Assembly (NCBI RefSeq): GCF_001194135.2
Contig: NC_068987.1
Location: forward strand, 2,058,074-2,122,073
Reading direction: 5' to 3'
Length of the DNA stretch: 64,000 nucleotides
Origin: Octopus bimaculoides
Taxonomy: Eukaryota
Part shown: piece after piece, positions 1 through 13,365 of the stretch
Layout of the letters: each line of letters opens with the position of its first letter
Numbering within the stretch: position 1 is the stretch's first letter
Notes under the pieces: model-generated
Database searches by the model: none
Seen by the model: only the letters and a program-made list of their open reading frames with translations
What the model was told of the DNA's origin: nothing
Position numbers and translations under genes: made by a program

Positions 1-555
1 GGGGGGGGGATTTTAATGCGTGTTTATGTGATGTGTTGGGTGCGAGTGGATGTAAGATATATGTGGTTGTGTGCGTGTGTAAATGTGTGTGAAGTGTGTA
101 ATGGGTGGCAAATGTGATATGTGTAATATGTGTGTATGTGTGATACGTAGAGTTGTGTATATGTCTGTCTGTGCGTGGTTTTATGTATATGTGTATATGA
201 TTGCGTGTGGGTGTGAGAAAGAGTGTGTGCATGTGTGCATGTGCGTGTGTGTGTATGTGTGTGTACGTGTGAGTGCGTGTGAGTGAGAGAGAGAGCAAGA
301 GAGTCAGTGTGTGCGTGTGTGCGAGTGTGTATGTGCGTGTGTGTGTGTGTATATATGTGTGTGTATGTGTATATGTGTGTATGTGTGTTTGTGTCTGTGT
401 GTTCAGAATCCATACAAAAGAAAAGTGTGAGAAGAAAAGGAGGGAAAAGCATTAGAAACTTTTCGTTCCTTCATAGACAGACAGGCAGGATGGTCACGGT
501 TGGGAAACCTTTGATGATAAGTTCACCGCAACAATATCATACAATACACTATTAA

Positions 556-771
556 ATTGGTTTCATATTTTGGCACAAGGCCAGCAGTTTCGAGGGAGGG
601 GATTAATTGATTACATCGAACCTAGTGTTCAGCTGCTACTTTATTTATCGACCTCGAAATGATGAAAGGCAAAGTCGACCTCGGCGGAGTTCGAACCCAG
701 AACGTAAACACAGGTGAAATACCGCTAAGCATTTCGCCCGGCATGCTAACGATTCTGCCAGCTCACCACCC
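556..771 (-). mobile_element. tRNA-derived SINE, family A (near full length)
   Basis: Reverse complement reads ...gagctggcagaatcgttagca...gttcgaactccgccgaggtcgactttgcctttcatc...ggccttgtgcc, with Pol III A/B-box-like head. Same sequence recurs more than 12 times in the window. Confidence 0.9.
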
Positions 772-1316
772 TAACAGGACTCTATTTCTCTGTCATTTGT
801 GGTCTTAACATACGCAGTGATTCGTAACCATGTAGTTGCAGGTTCGATCTGACTTCGTGGAATCTCGAACAATTCATTTTGCCATTCTTTTAGATCGACC
901 CAAAGAAATAGGGGGACAGAAATCAACATTAAATACTCTGTATTATACCACTACTGTCAGACAGTTATGTTGAGTAAATGTGTCTGTGGAGAACTCGGCC
1001 AGTTACACTAAAATACAAACGGTAAATACTTCAACTGATCGGAGAACTAGAATAGTCATCGTCGACAGCAACGAAATCCATTCAATATATTCAGTTTAAG
1101 GATGACCAAGGAGTGTCAGAAAGAGCCTAGTAATACTATACCAGTGTCTTACAAAGAAAGGAGGAAGAATATTAACAAGATATCTCCATTGTTGGCAGGA
1201 AATCCATATCGAAAGAAAATTTATTATCAAATTTGTGGGTGTTTTTCTTTTATACACCACGCAGGATGTATTATAAACAATGAATGAAATATAGGAGCTG
1301 CTCGAGTTAACACCTC

Positions 1317-1361
<45 letters not shown>

Positions 1362-1471
1362 ATAATCCCCTGAGATTGCAGATAATATTTCTGAATCTCT
1401 TTGATTCTTTAGATGTGCTGGCCTCCTGATAATTAATCGATATTAATTAATATATGAATAATTACCAGATT

Positions 1472-1511
<40 letters not shown>

Positions 1512-2563
1512 TCTATGTATCTGTCTATCTGTCTATATCCCTCTCAATATGCATGAATGCGTGTATGTGTGTGTGTGTGTGTTTGCGTTGTAATTATTAC
1601 TGCAGATTTCGGAGAGACGAGAGAGCGCGAGAGAGAGACAAACAGACAGAGACAGACCGACAGACAGATTACTGAGTGACATCATAAGTTAAACGAATAA
1701 TATCACGAGGGGTGATAGCAAACAGTCAGAACAACAAATGCATGATCATTTAGCAGTGATTTATTACATAAGTATAACAGCAACCACTTTAGTATTGTTA
1801 TTCCATGTAGCAGTCATCTCTGGGTCGTTCTTTCAAGTAGCACTGTGAATTCTGCGATACGCCGACACTTCCGTATAAAATTAAACTGTCACCAAGTGAT
1901 ATAAAGCTGTCAATCACCACATATGAGAGTGAGAAAGGATTATGTGACGTTACTTGTGACAGACACAAGATTATGATGGTCTGGTTTCATGCTTCTACAG
2001 ACTGACAATAAGATCAGAACCATTACGGAGATGTCATAATCTGTGACAAACAGATATTTTCTTTTCTTTCGGATTAAAATTCTGTGGATTTAAATGAAAA
2101 GGTTACAAGGTGCAAGGATTTCGGAGTAAAAATAACAAAGGTCTCGTACAGCAAGTGTAGTCGTGTTGATTAGAAGATTGGTAACTGTGTTTCTTTTGGA
2201 GCCGATCACAAGCGTAGCATCTTGAGCAAGATTTTCGTTCATATGTACGATTTCGACGAACTAAGTTATGTGCGTGTGAGTAAGCTCATCGACGCTCCTA
2301 CACAGAAAATATTCCAAGAAGGCACCTTTCTCTTTCGATAATAATAAACAGACTTTGGCCTTTATAGAAACAGCTTCCTGTTAGCTTACTGCCGTTCGAT
2401 CATCCAGCAACTAGATTTAGGAAATGTCCCATTAATCCATTTAAACAATCTAGTTTAAGAATTACCACTCATAAAAATAGTTAGTATTGTAAGACATTGC
2501 ATTGAAGTACAAGGATATATTAACCTAACTGAAAGTTTGATAAGTTAATATATATTCATAATA

Positions 2564-2698
2564 GATATAACCACCACCACCGCCACCACCACTTATAGTC
2601 TTGAAGAACCTAGAACGAAATATCAGTCACTGCATTGAAGTATCTCATGAGAAGAAATTTTTAGATTAAAATATTGAATAGTTTCTTGAGTTCATATA
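2564..2698 (+). repeat. 135-bp segment with a near-identical inverted copy at 4764-4901
   Basis: Manual reverse-complement alignment: identical except a few substitutions around tatcagtcac/tattattccc and one 3-bp (gaa) indel. Confidence 0.95.
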
Positions 2699-3120
2699 TA
2701 TTATACCACTTAATAATATCTCACAACAACAGAAAAGTAATGCAGGCAGTGTTTCCTGTGTGTAAATCATCCTTTGGTCTCGTAATCGCTACCAACATTG
2801 GTGGGACTTTCTCAAATAACGTACAGCGAAATTTCCTTAATAGTCATAGATACTGCGATGTCTTTCACATAAACTCTTTGAACGATAGCTAAGCCTACAT
2901 GTTTGACAATTGATGAGGATATAGTCAAATTGACAAAAAAACGAAACCTATGGTGAAAGTAGGATTTGCAAATTGTATTCCAAGTGTTGGATCGCGTCAC
3001 TTATTTAGCAAGGAGTTCTTTGTCTTAACGTCCCCAATCACTTTTCTAAAATGAAGAAGTGAGCTGGTCTTGAAATGTAGCCTGTAGAAGTACACTTTTA
3101 TGAAATTTATCCTACCTATA

Positions 3121-3165
3121 ATTTGCATATACCCCAACCACATTTGCATATACCCCAACCACATT
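3121..3165. repeat. 21-bp tandem duplication (atttgcatataccccaaccac x2)
   Basis: Read directly. Confidence 0.9.
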
Positions 3166-3751
3166 GTGAAAATCATTTGAAATTTTTAGATATTTTTCGA
3201 ATTCCTGAAATTCCTCGATCTTTACAAAAAGCCACGAATTTTCCTGGTAAAAATTGTTCTACTGCATTTTGAGGTAAAACTCCACAAAGACCATGAATTC
3301 TAGTTTTAGCGCCTTGCATATTTTCCTCCCAGTGCCCACAAATTCCCTTACTTTGTTCCACGAGATATTACAAGCAATTTCACTTTCGTTTAATTGATTT
3401 CATGATTTGTTTATTTATTAATATTTTATTTACTTATTTATCTATTTATTTTTGCTAAGCTTGCTCGTGGAATTGACTGAGAAACTGTAGAGAAAAGTTA
3501 AAATTCTTATTGCTCATTTCATTGTCATCATCATCGTTTTTATTATTACGGCCGAAGAAGTTGGGGAAAAAAACGTGATTTTGAGATGCTTCCACTTGCA
3601 GCGCATCAAGGCCTCCTTTCTTTTGGCGACTTGTTTAGTTTTTTTGTTTTCGTCATTTTCTCTTTACCACACCGCATTCCATTATAGTATGTTGTATTGT
3701 ATAGTTCTGTACTGTCCTCTATTGTAAACTCTTTGAGGTTAATAATAAAAT

Positions 3752-3953
<202 letters not shown>

Positions 3954-4243
3954 ATATACATACATATATACATAAATACGTGTTTACATACGCACACATA
4001 TATCAGATTGTATGAATACTTTATGCATACATGTGTGCGCGCGCGCGTCGCGTGTATAGATATAAACATGTTTGTAAGGGGACTAAATATTCATAAATGT
4101 CAATGGAACACCTAGACGGAAAATATGTGAGAGCTTTCGAGGTGGGCGTGAGAGGAATGTCGTAACCAAATCCGACTATCTTCTTTATATATGTCTACAC
4201 ATATTCGTTCACTTCTTTTTCTCTTTCATTTATCATATATATA

Positions 4244-4345
4244 TATCATACCTTTTCTTATACAGATATCTACATACAAACATAAATAGACACACACGAA
4301 CACACACGTACATATATATGTATGTATATGTATATGAGAATGTAT

Positions 4346-4376
<31 letters not shown>

Positions 4377-4451
4377 CACACACATACGTGTGTGTTCGTG
4401 TGTGTCTATTTATGTTTGTATGTAGATATCTGTATAAGAAAAGGTATGATA
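4244..4451. repeat. Perfect 67-bp inverted repeat (4244-4310 / 4385-4451) with 74-bp low-complexity spacer
   Basis: Checked base by base: tatcataccttttcttatacagatatctacatacaaacataaatagacacacacgaacacacacgta and its exact reverse complement. Confidence 0.97.
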
Positions 4452-4569
4452 GACACAAGATAAAATATTATTATTTATTCCTTACATACGTTTCACCCTA
4501 GTGGTTATTTTCATCGTTTGCGGTTCCATGTGCAGTTCCATGCTGAACTATAGCAGTTTTATGTGTGCG

Positions 4570-4935
4570 TGTCTTTGTGTCTGTGGTTTATCTTCCACCA
4601 CCGCTTCACAACCAGTGTTAGTGTTTACGTCCCCGTAACTTAGCGGTTCAGCGAAAGTGACCAATAGAATAAGTACTAGACATGAAACAAACAAAAATAA
4701 GTCCTGTGGTTGGTTTCTTCGACTAAAACCCCTTCAAGGCGAAGCCCCAGTATGGTCGCAGTCTATATGAACTCAAGAAACTATTCAATATTTTAATCTA
4801 AAAATTTCTTCTTCTCATGAGATACTTCAATGCAGGGAATAATATTTCGTTCTAGGTTCTTCAAGACTATAAGTGGTGGTGGCGGTGGTGGTGGTTATAT
4901 CAAGGCGATGCCCAGCATGGCCGCAGTAAAGACAA
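4570..4935 (+). mobile_element. SINE family B 3' half, interrupted by the 138-bp inverted insertion
   Basis: gtttacgtccccgtaacttagcggttc...gaataagtact...cgactaa...ccagcatggccgcagt motif shared with other copies. The terminal ~28 bp occurs on both sides of the insertion. Confidence 0.85.
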
Positions 4936-5465
4936 AATATGTATATACATATCCGTACATATACAAACACACACCCATATATATGTCCATTTACTTATTG
5001 TATGTTACAAATACAATATATTTCACCAGGGTGCTTTAAGATTTGAATTATATACGTCTTGGAATTTAATCCATCTCTTTTCTGACTCGAACCACCGTCT
5101 TCTGCCTTTCTTCACCCGCACCATCAACACCACCATCGCCACCAGCATCACCACTGTCACCGTAGCTGCCTCCACCGTCATCCCTCCAGCTTCCTAAGCT
5201 CTCGTCAATGAAGGCAACTTTAATGAGATGTAATTAGATAGGTTTTGTTATGGCACCACCCACTGGAGTTGAACAAAGCCCCGTCATTGTGTTGGCGTTT
5301 AGGCTCGGGTTTTTATCTGATTTCAGCTTGTTAAATATATGGCGGTTAGTGAGACGAGATCGTATTAACATTGACATCAATCGCCAACGACAAGCAGACA
5401 CAGGGAAAGTAAACTGCGTCAATCACACACACAAACACACACAAACGCATCTATATACATACGTG

Positions 5466-5507
<42 letters not shown>

Positions 5508-5702
5508 TGAATGTATATGTTGTACATATATATGTATGTGTGTAGAAGATGTACATTTGGGTACGAAGACGGAGAATTAGTGGTATATTATATGTGTGCT
5601 ATAGTTTATAGTTTTCGTTCCATGCTGTTGAATCTTTCGGTCGGTACCCTTCCTGCGACGAAAAGGTGAACGTCGGTTTTTGGTTAGAGGTTATATACGT
5701 CC

Positions 5703-5737
<35 letters not shown>

Positions 5738-5797
5738 GATCCACTGATTGACTGACAGACATATATATATACACACACACACATATATATACATAAG

Positions 5798-5841
<44 letters not shown>

Positions 5842-6239
5842 GAGGATAGTCGGTATGCTTACGTACTGACTTACATGTGATGGGCGTATGCATTTGTGCA
5901 GGCATGTGTGTTTCATATTGCGTGATTAAGAATTAAATAACAGAATACAATGGACGTGTTGTGATGGTCAATGTAGAATATGTCGCATAACTAAGAAAAT
6001 ATTGCTGTTGTTCTTGTTTTTATATTTTGGAGTAAATAACTCGCTGGCTCTTATGCGTAGATGTTGAGAGTATATGCATGAATATATAAATAAAATATAA
6101 AAATATGAATGTGTTTATGTCTGTTTTGATGCGAAGTTATTATTAAAGCTATTTTACATTTAACTGAAGGATTGCTCAATATATTTTTTAGTATACATTT
6201 ATAATTAATTAAGAAGAGGTTTGGCAAGTGACGTCAAAT

Positions 6240-6294
6240 TTTCGGCCAGCTAAGCCTTCATCGGTCACTCCGTCGATGGGTTAGTTGACCGAAA
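6240..6294. ncRNA. Candidate 55-nt hairpin / inverted pair of decayed hammerhead-like motifs
   Basis: tttcggccagctaagccttcatcg pairs with cgatgggttagttgaccgaaa (about 21 bp, 10-nt loop). The minus strand reads ccgatgaa-ggcttagctggcc-gaaa. Confidence 0.3.
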
Positions 6295-8426
6295 CTTCCA
6301 CTTAATACTCACCTCGTTAAAGAATAATAAATATGTATGTGTGTATGCATGTATGTATGTATGTATGTATGTATGTATGCATGCATATATGTATATATGT
6401 ATATATGTGTGTATGGGTGTATGTTTATATATAGAGAGAGAGATATAGATAGATAATTATATATATATATCAGTAGTTCATATGATCGAAAAGAGGGACA
6501 CTCTAAAACATCAGAGTAGCAATATTTAAAAGGTTGTTATGGCTGATCAGAAACAGACCATTAGTTTCGCATCTATAAAGCGCTTAGCCGCTTAGTTGTA
6601 TAGGTGGCCTTGAGGCTCAAACGGCCGGAAGCATATAACCGCTCTACAACTGGTGGGAGGAAAGCACCAATGTCAGTTAATTTTGTAAACAACAAAAAAA
6701 CGTCCGAAACGAAACTCTACTGGCAAAACCATGGGCGTGGCGGAGTGATCCTTCTTAGATGGGTTCCAGTTAAGTCTACGACAGGCCTGGCAAAGATGTC
6801 TGAAGATGGCACCCTTTTTTGTTTCCAACAAGATTTACCTCTGATGAGGGCACTGACGAAAGAAAGAAAGAATATGTTCAGATATTCACAAATATCAACA
6901 AAGCACGTCATGTATAGTTGTGTGCAGGAATCGGTAACCCAATTGCTTGATTATTTTGTCTATATTTGATTCTTTGATGTCGAATTTCGAAGAGAGTATT
7001 CATACTACTGCGAATTATTGTGGATGTCTGATTCACAAAGAAATATTTTGAAATAACTTAACTGCGTTTAGTGGCTCAAAAGTGATAGTTTCCGAAGAAG
7101 TACTGGAATGAGCGAAAGCAGATATTCTTTACTGAAACAATAAAATTCTGCACCATAACTATTACTATTTCACTTACTATTATAACTCGTGTTGAGTTCT
7201 TGTATTTTTGTTCTTCGTCTTTGACAATTTGCCGATGTAAATATATACAATCAACACCAAACTAGTGTGTACACATATACAGATATACAGACTTACATAT
7301 GTACATTTGCTTATATATTTGTACTTAAGAATATCCATACACACACGCACGCACACACATGTATATTATATAAAGATATACATACTCACAGACATTGCCA
7401 GAGAGTATAAGCAGTGACTGTGTGCTTCAATAGATATGCAACTGGAGCTCTCACAGACGCTCACCATAACGCTTCAGCCTGTGCTCCGCAGACGTGAATG
7501 TCTCCTCTCTCTCTATATATATTTACTACCAGAATTCGTTGCGTCTTTGAGCGGCGCTGACCGCCTTGTTTCACCTCCTCTCAAGCAATCCTCACTAACT
7601 CGCCTTTCCTCTCTCTCATCATCCATATTGTTTCCTGTCCATAAATATCTTATTAACCACTACTAAGGACGATATCAACCACGTCGATCTCAGCAACCTC
7701 ATGTGAACTGCTAAGTTAATGTGCTAGTACTTCTGCTTAAGGTCAGACATATAGAAAAGAACTAAAAAATTGTAAGCTATTTCTGCCATAGCCATCATGT
7801 CTGCAAATATACTTTACTTCTTCCTCCATTTTGTGATATATTTTTACTCTTTTTAAAGACCCAATGGTGACACTTGAAATCGAATTTGGTTGCTATTTCT
7901 AGGCAGTTGTGTGAGCTCACGGAAGATCTCTCGATGTTATTTGTTCAGTTGCAGCAGTTTCAACCAGTGGAAGGCGTTCCATACGTGACTATTCTGTGCT
8001 TTTGTATATGAAAAACTACATGGATTTATTTATACGTGATCATTTCACATTTTCAAGACAGTAGGATGTGATTTGGTGGAAATTTGGCTGCTCTTTCGAG
8101 CAAATGACATGACCGTGTAGATGCCTCATATATTTCATGTACTCCAGCGTAAAGCTGGTGGTGGGTGTAGTCAAGCATCCAGAATATTCGGTAACTCTAT
8201 GCCACAGCCGTTGATTTCTCTCTTCTTTATTGTAACTTTTCGTTATACGATCTCCAACGCTCAAATTCACAACACCTGTCACCAAATAACCACCAGCCTT
8301 CTAACAGGTCACACAACATGCTAGAGATAGCAGCTATGTCTGCCACGATTCAGCTCCTGCTGTGTTAAGTAAAGCACATAGAATAATATAAACCAAGCTA
8401 CTTGGAAAAAACATTTGATGGACATA

Positions 8427-8546
8427 TAGGCGTGACTGTGTGGTCCCGGGTTCAGTCCCACTGTATGGCACCTTCAGTAAGTGTTTTCTATTATAGCCTC
8501 GGGGCAACCAAAGCCTTGTGAGTGGATTTTCTGAGCAGAAACTGCC

Positions 8547-8590
<44 letters not shown>

Positions 8591-8717
8591 NNNNNNNNNN
8601 NNNNNNNNNNNNNNNNNNNNNNNNNNNNNNNNNNNNNNNNNNNNNNNNNNNNNNNNNNNNNNNNNNNNNNNNNNNNNNNNNNNNNNNNNNNNNNNNNNNN
8701 NNNNNNNNNNNNNAGAG

Positions 8718-8750
<33 letters not shown>

Positions 8751-8984
8751 TGTGTGTGTGTGTATAGGTGAGTGTTCTGTGTTTGACTCGCCATCACCAC
8801 TTGAAAACTGGTGTTGGTGTGTTTACGTTCCTGTAACTTAGCGGTTCAGGAAAAGAGATCGATAAAATAAATAGCAGGCTTTAAAAAATAAGTACTGGTG
8901 TCTATTCATTCGACTAAAGATTTAAGGAGGTGCCCCCCACCCCCGCAGTATGGCCGCAGTCTAATGACGGAAACAACTAAAAGA
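8427..8984 (+). mobile_element. Bipartite SINE family B (tRNA-like head + microsatellite/N gap + 3' half)
   Basis: Head ggttcagtcccactgtatggcacc...; internal (TA)n-N-(GA)n(TG)n; conserved tail ending tatggccgcagtctaatgacggaaac. Confidence 0.9.
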
Positions 8985-9793
8985 TGGACATGGCTAAAAT
9001 TTCGTTAATGACATGCTCCAATCAGGAGTGACCTAGGGTTAAACGAAAAGACTAAGAACAGCAAAAACGACAACAACAATAACAACAATAACATTGGTTA
9101 TTATTTCACCTGTCAGCAGGTGATCGATTGAACTCATAAACTACAGACACTATATTTCAGGTCCATGTCTATTTGTTTCTCTCTCACTCTCTCTCTCTCT
9201 CTCTCTCTATCTCTCTTTACGCCTCTCTTCCCCTGCACACACACACACACACACACATACACACACACACACANNNNNNNNNNNNNNNNNNNNNNNNNNN
9301 NNNNNNNNNNNNNNNNNNNNNNNNNNNNNNNNNNNNNNNNNNNNNNNNNNNNNNNNNNNNNNNNNNNNNNNNNNNNNNNNNNNNNNNNNNNNNNNNNNNN
9401 NNNNNNNNNNNNNNNNNNNNNNNNNNNNNNNNNNNNNNNNNNNNNNNNNNNNNNNNNNNNNNNNNNNNNNNNNNNNNNNNNNNNNNNNNNNNNNNNNNNN
9501 NNNNNNNNNNNNNNNNNNNNNNNNNNNNNNNNNNNNNNNNNNNNNNNNNNNNNNNNNNNNNNNNNNNNNNNNNNNNNNNNNNNNNNNNNNNNNNNNNNNN
9601 NNNNNNNNNNNNNNNNNNNNNNNNNNNNNNNNNNNNNNNNNNNNNNNNNNNNNNNNNNNNNNNNNNNNNNNNNNNNNNNNNNNNNNNNNNNNNNNNNNNN
9701 NNNNNNNNNNNNNNNNNNNNNNNNNNNNNNNNNNNNNNNNNNNCTCGAGCCATGCTAGGCTTTTAAGGTCCGGTTTCCCGGTTTCAGGTGCGT

Positions 9794-9826
<33 letters not shown>

Positions 9827-10400
9827 TAGATAGATAGATAGATAAAACTTACTTGGAAATGAATGCGTGGCGTTCGATCATATAATATTATAAATAATAT
9901 ATAAATATATGCATATATCCATACATACATATATGCACATACTTATATATATATGTATACAAGGGTACAGGACATCAAAAAAAAGTGGACAAAATGAGAA
10001 AGGAGAACAAAAAAACGAAAACGTAGAAAACGAACTTTTTTCGAACAATGAAAGAAACAAACAGAGAAAGGAGACAAGCAACATAAAAGAACATTCCCTT
10101 CATCAGTTGTCCCCTGTTTTATTTAATCCACGTTTCGAAGGTAGGGACAAAACGCGGCTTCGTTAAAAACAGTCCTTCCCGCAAAGCAAATTAAATAAAA
10201 TTTGGAATTTTTTGCGGAGGGTTAAAGTGGTAACAAAAACAGGAACAAAACAGTAAACACAAACGGTGCGGGTTGTTAAGCCAAGACGATGTGAAGTGGT
10301 GAATGCTGGAGAAACGAGCTTTCAGAAGAGACAGGTAAAAGCACGTCTTGTCTTTAGGACAAATTAAAATAATAAAAGTCATTAACTGCTGTTCTTTTTT

Positions 10401-10720
10401 TCTCACCACATAATTATTTATAATTAAATTTATAATGTTCCTTGTATTTAATGTTAACTCATGTTTTCCGTCTCTTCCGTTCAGGCTCTCTATATATCAG
10501 TCTATCTCTTTGTGTCTATTAAAATGTATCTCTGCGTCTGTCGGTCATTTTGGTCGTCTGTCTCACAACATAATTATTTAAAATTAAAATTTTAATGTTG
10601 CCAAGAATTTTACATGTTAACACTAACTCAATTCTTAGTCTGTCTGTTTGTCTGGCGGTCATTTTGTCTGACTAACAGTTTATCTGTCCGTTTGTGCGTC
10701 TGGTCCCTTTGTCAGTCTTT
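10401..10720. repeat. Degenerate tandem duplication, ~160-bp period
   Basis: tctcaccacataattatttataattaaatttataatgtt at 10401 and tctcacaacataattatttaaaattaaaattttaatgtt at 10561. Confidence 0.6.
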
Positions 10721-10977
10721 CTGGTTATCTATCTCATGACATGTTTGTTTTAGAGATTCTTCATGCCTCCAATATTTTCGATGTTAACTCTAACCTAATT
10801 CTCTGTCTCTTTGTCCGCCTGGCAATCTGCCTTTGTCTCTTTGTCTGTCTATCTAACTACACTTCTGCTTGCTCCGTTTTCATACCACCATATCTATGCT
10901 ACCAAATAAAGATTACCTTTATTCTTCATGTCCTCTGTACAATATATCTTTTATCTTTTCCTTTTTTCAGGAATTTC

Positions 10978-11206
10978 CCTGCAGCCATGCTGGAGCACAA
11001 CCTCGAAACATTTAGTCGGACAAATTCTCACCAGGACTTATTTCCTGGAGCAACGACGCTTACTCCATCCATCTCTTTTGACGAACAGCTAACACTGGTT
11101 CACAGACACACATCGCTATATACATACACCCACATACACACACACACACACACACCCACATACACCCCCCACACACATATATATATATTTGTATATTTTT
11201 ATATTG

Positions 11207-11243
<37 letters not shown>

Positions 11244-11438
11244 CAAAAATATACATGTGTATCTACGTCTGTGTCTATGTGTGTTTCGCTATCAACTATC
11301 TAAATACACTCACAAGGATTCGGTCCGCCCCAGGGCTATAGTAGAAGACAATTGCCCAAGGAGCCACACAGTGGGACTGAACCTGGAACCATGAGGTAAG
11401 GAAGCAATTGTCTTACCACACAGACACGCCTTTGCCTA
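10978..11438 (-). mobile_element. SINE family B, degenerate
   Basis: Tail fragment gcagccatgctggagcac at 10981; head reverse complement (agtgggactgaacc...cttaccacacag) at about 11310-11438; (CA)/(TA) repeats between. Confidence 0.75.
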
Positions 11439-11581
11439 TGTCAACGCTAATATATTCGTCTCTCTAACTCCCGCTCTCTAACTATCAGTCTATTTGTTAT
11501 CGTGTTTGTCACTCACTCACTCACTCACTCTTACTCTCTTTATCTCTCTGTCTCTCTCTCTCAATCTCACAATCTCTCTTA

Positions 11582-11623
<42 letters not shown>

Positions 11624-11921
11624 TTTCCATCTCTCTTTTCCTCTCCTTCCCCCTCTCTCTCTCTGCTGGTCTCTCCCTCTCATAATTATTTATACTTCCT
11701 GAATATGTTAACGCTAACTTACCCATTGTAAATAAACATTAATAGACCGACACAGGCATCAACAAACAGCGATAAATACTGCTGTAAAGATAATAGACTT
11801 CTATGGAATATCGATGAATATTGTTGTGAGTGGTCGATTATTGAACAATATAAGCATCAATATGAACATTAATGAATACTACTCTAACTGATCGATGATG
11901 AACACACACACACACACACAT

Positions 11922-11967
<46 letters not shown>

Positions 11968-12399
11968 NNNNNNNNNNNNNNNNNNNNNNNNNNNNNNNNN
12001 NNNNNNNNNNNNNNNNNNNNNNNNNNNNNNNNNNNNNNNNNNNNNNNNNNNNNNNNNNNNNNNNNNNNNNNNNNNNNNNNNNNNNNNNNNNNNNNNNNNN
12101 NNNNNNNNNNNNNNNNNNNNNNNNNNNNNNNNNNNNNNNNNNNNNNNNNNNNNNNNNNNNNNNNNNNNNNNNNNNNNNNNNNNNNNNNNNNNNNNNNNNN
12201 NNNNNNNNNNNNNNNNNNNNNNNNNNNNNNNNNNNNNNNNNNNNNNNNNNNNNNNNNNNNNNNNNNNNNNNNNNNNNNNNNNNNNNNNNNNNNNNNNNNN
12301 NNNNNNNNNNNNNNNNNNNNNNNNNNNNNNNNNNNNNNNNNNNNNNNNNNNNNNNNNNNNNNNNNNNNNNNNNNNNNNNNNNNNNNNNNNNNNNNNNNN

Positions 12400-12448
<49 letters not shown>

Positions 12449-12482
12449 ATACATTTATTTTTAACACACACACACACATATA

Positions 12483-12860
12483 TAGGTGTAAACGCGGCTG
12501 TGTTGTATGAAGCCTGCTTTCCAATCACATGGTTCTGGGTTCAGTCCCACTGCGTGACACCATGGGCAAGTGTCTTGCCATGATGCCCATACTATGAGTG
12601 ATTTTGTGTCTGTGTGCGCACACACGCACACGCGGATGCGTCATTGTTTTTGTGTTTCTCCCCCACCACCATTTGACAACCGCTGTTGGTTTCATTACGT
12701 CCTCGTAACGAAGCGTCTCGGCCAAATACACCGATAGAATAAGTACCAGGCTTTAAAAAAAAAATTAAGTACTGATTTCGGTTCATTCGATTAAAAATTA
12801 CTGAAGCGAGTGCTCCAGCACGGCCGCAGTCTAATGACTGAAAGTATGTAAACGAAAAAA
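12483..12860 (+). mobile_element. SINE family B
   Basis: Head ggttctgggttcagtcccactgcgtg and tail ...gatagaataagtacc...gctccagcacggccgcagtctaatgactgaa. Confidence 0.9.
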
Positions 12861-13259
12861 GACAGAAATATATATGTGTTGGTGTGTGTGTGTGCGTATA
12901 TGGGTAGAGGACGTCATCAGCGGTGCAAATAACATGAAATACGTAAACAAACGAGGGAAAAACGAGTGAAATGCGTAAATAACGAGAAAAACTGGAAAAG
13001 AGGACAATATATATATATACACATATATATGTATGTGTGTGTGTGTGTATTGTGAATACTTTTATGAGTGATCAATAACAGATCTATATCGGTATCAATA
13101 TACATAGAAAGATAACACGCATTATTATTCAAAGCTGAGCCGAGCGTCTTACACGCGTCGCTACTCGGAGTTTCCTTTTTTACGGTCTCTTGCTGACTGA
13201 CACACATTTTGTCGTTGAAACTTCCTTATATGCATTGAAATAGCTCAATACAAATGACC

Positions 13260-13365
13260 CACCGCGCAGGTGACAAAGAAAAAATCCCAGTTGGCGGGAA
13301 AATACAGGCTGCGTGCATGTTCGTGTGACCTTGGGAGCAGGGCGGGAAAAGAGGATATAAATCTT
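13260..13365 (+). promoter_or_regulatory. Possible promoter/enhancer: two GGCGGGAAAA (E2F-type) sites plus TATAAA
   Basis: ttggcgggaaaa at 13291, ggcgggaaaa at 13341, tataaa at 13356, in a locally GC/CpG-richer patch. Confidence 0.3.

Noticed and set aside
2796-2815. ggtgggactttc resembling miR-278
   Set aside because: Seed mismatch and no hairpin partner.
2885-3030. AKPTCLTIDEDIV resembling the piggyBac first catalytic Asp motif
   Set aside because: Flanked by stops and no further piggyBac motifs recognisable.
10085-10170. Minus-strand cgaaac...ctgatga as a type II hammerhead ribozyme
   Set aside because: No NUH triplet with stem III and stem I between the two core strands. May be part of a Penelope-associated repeat but is not a valid ribozyme fold.
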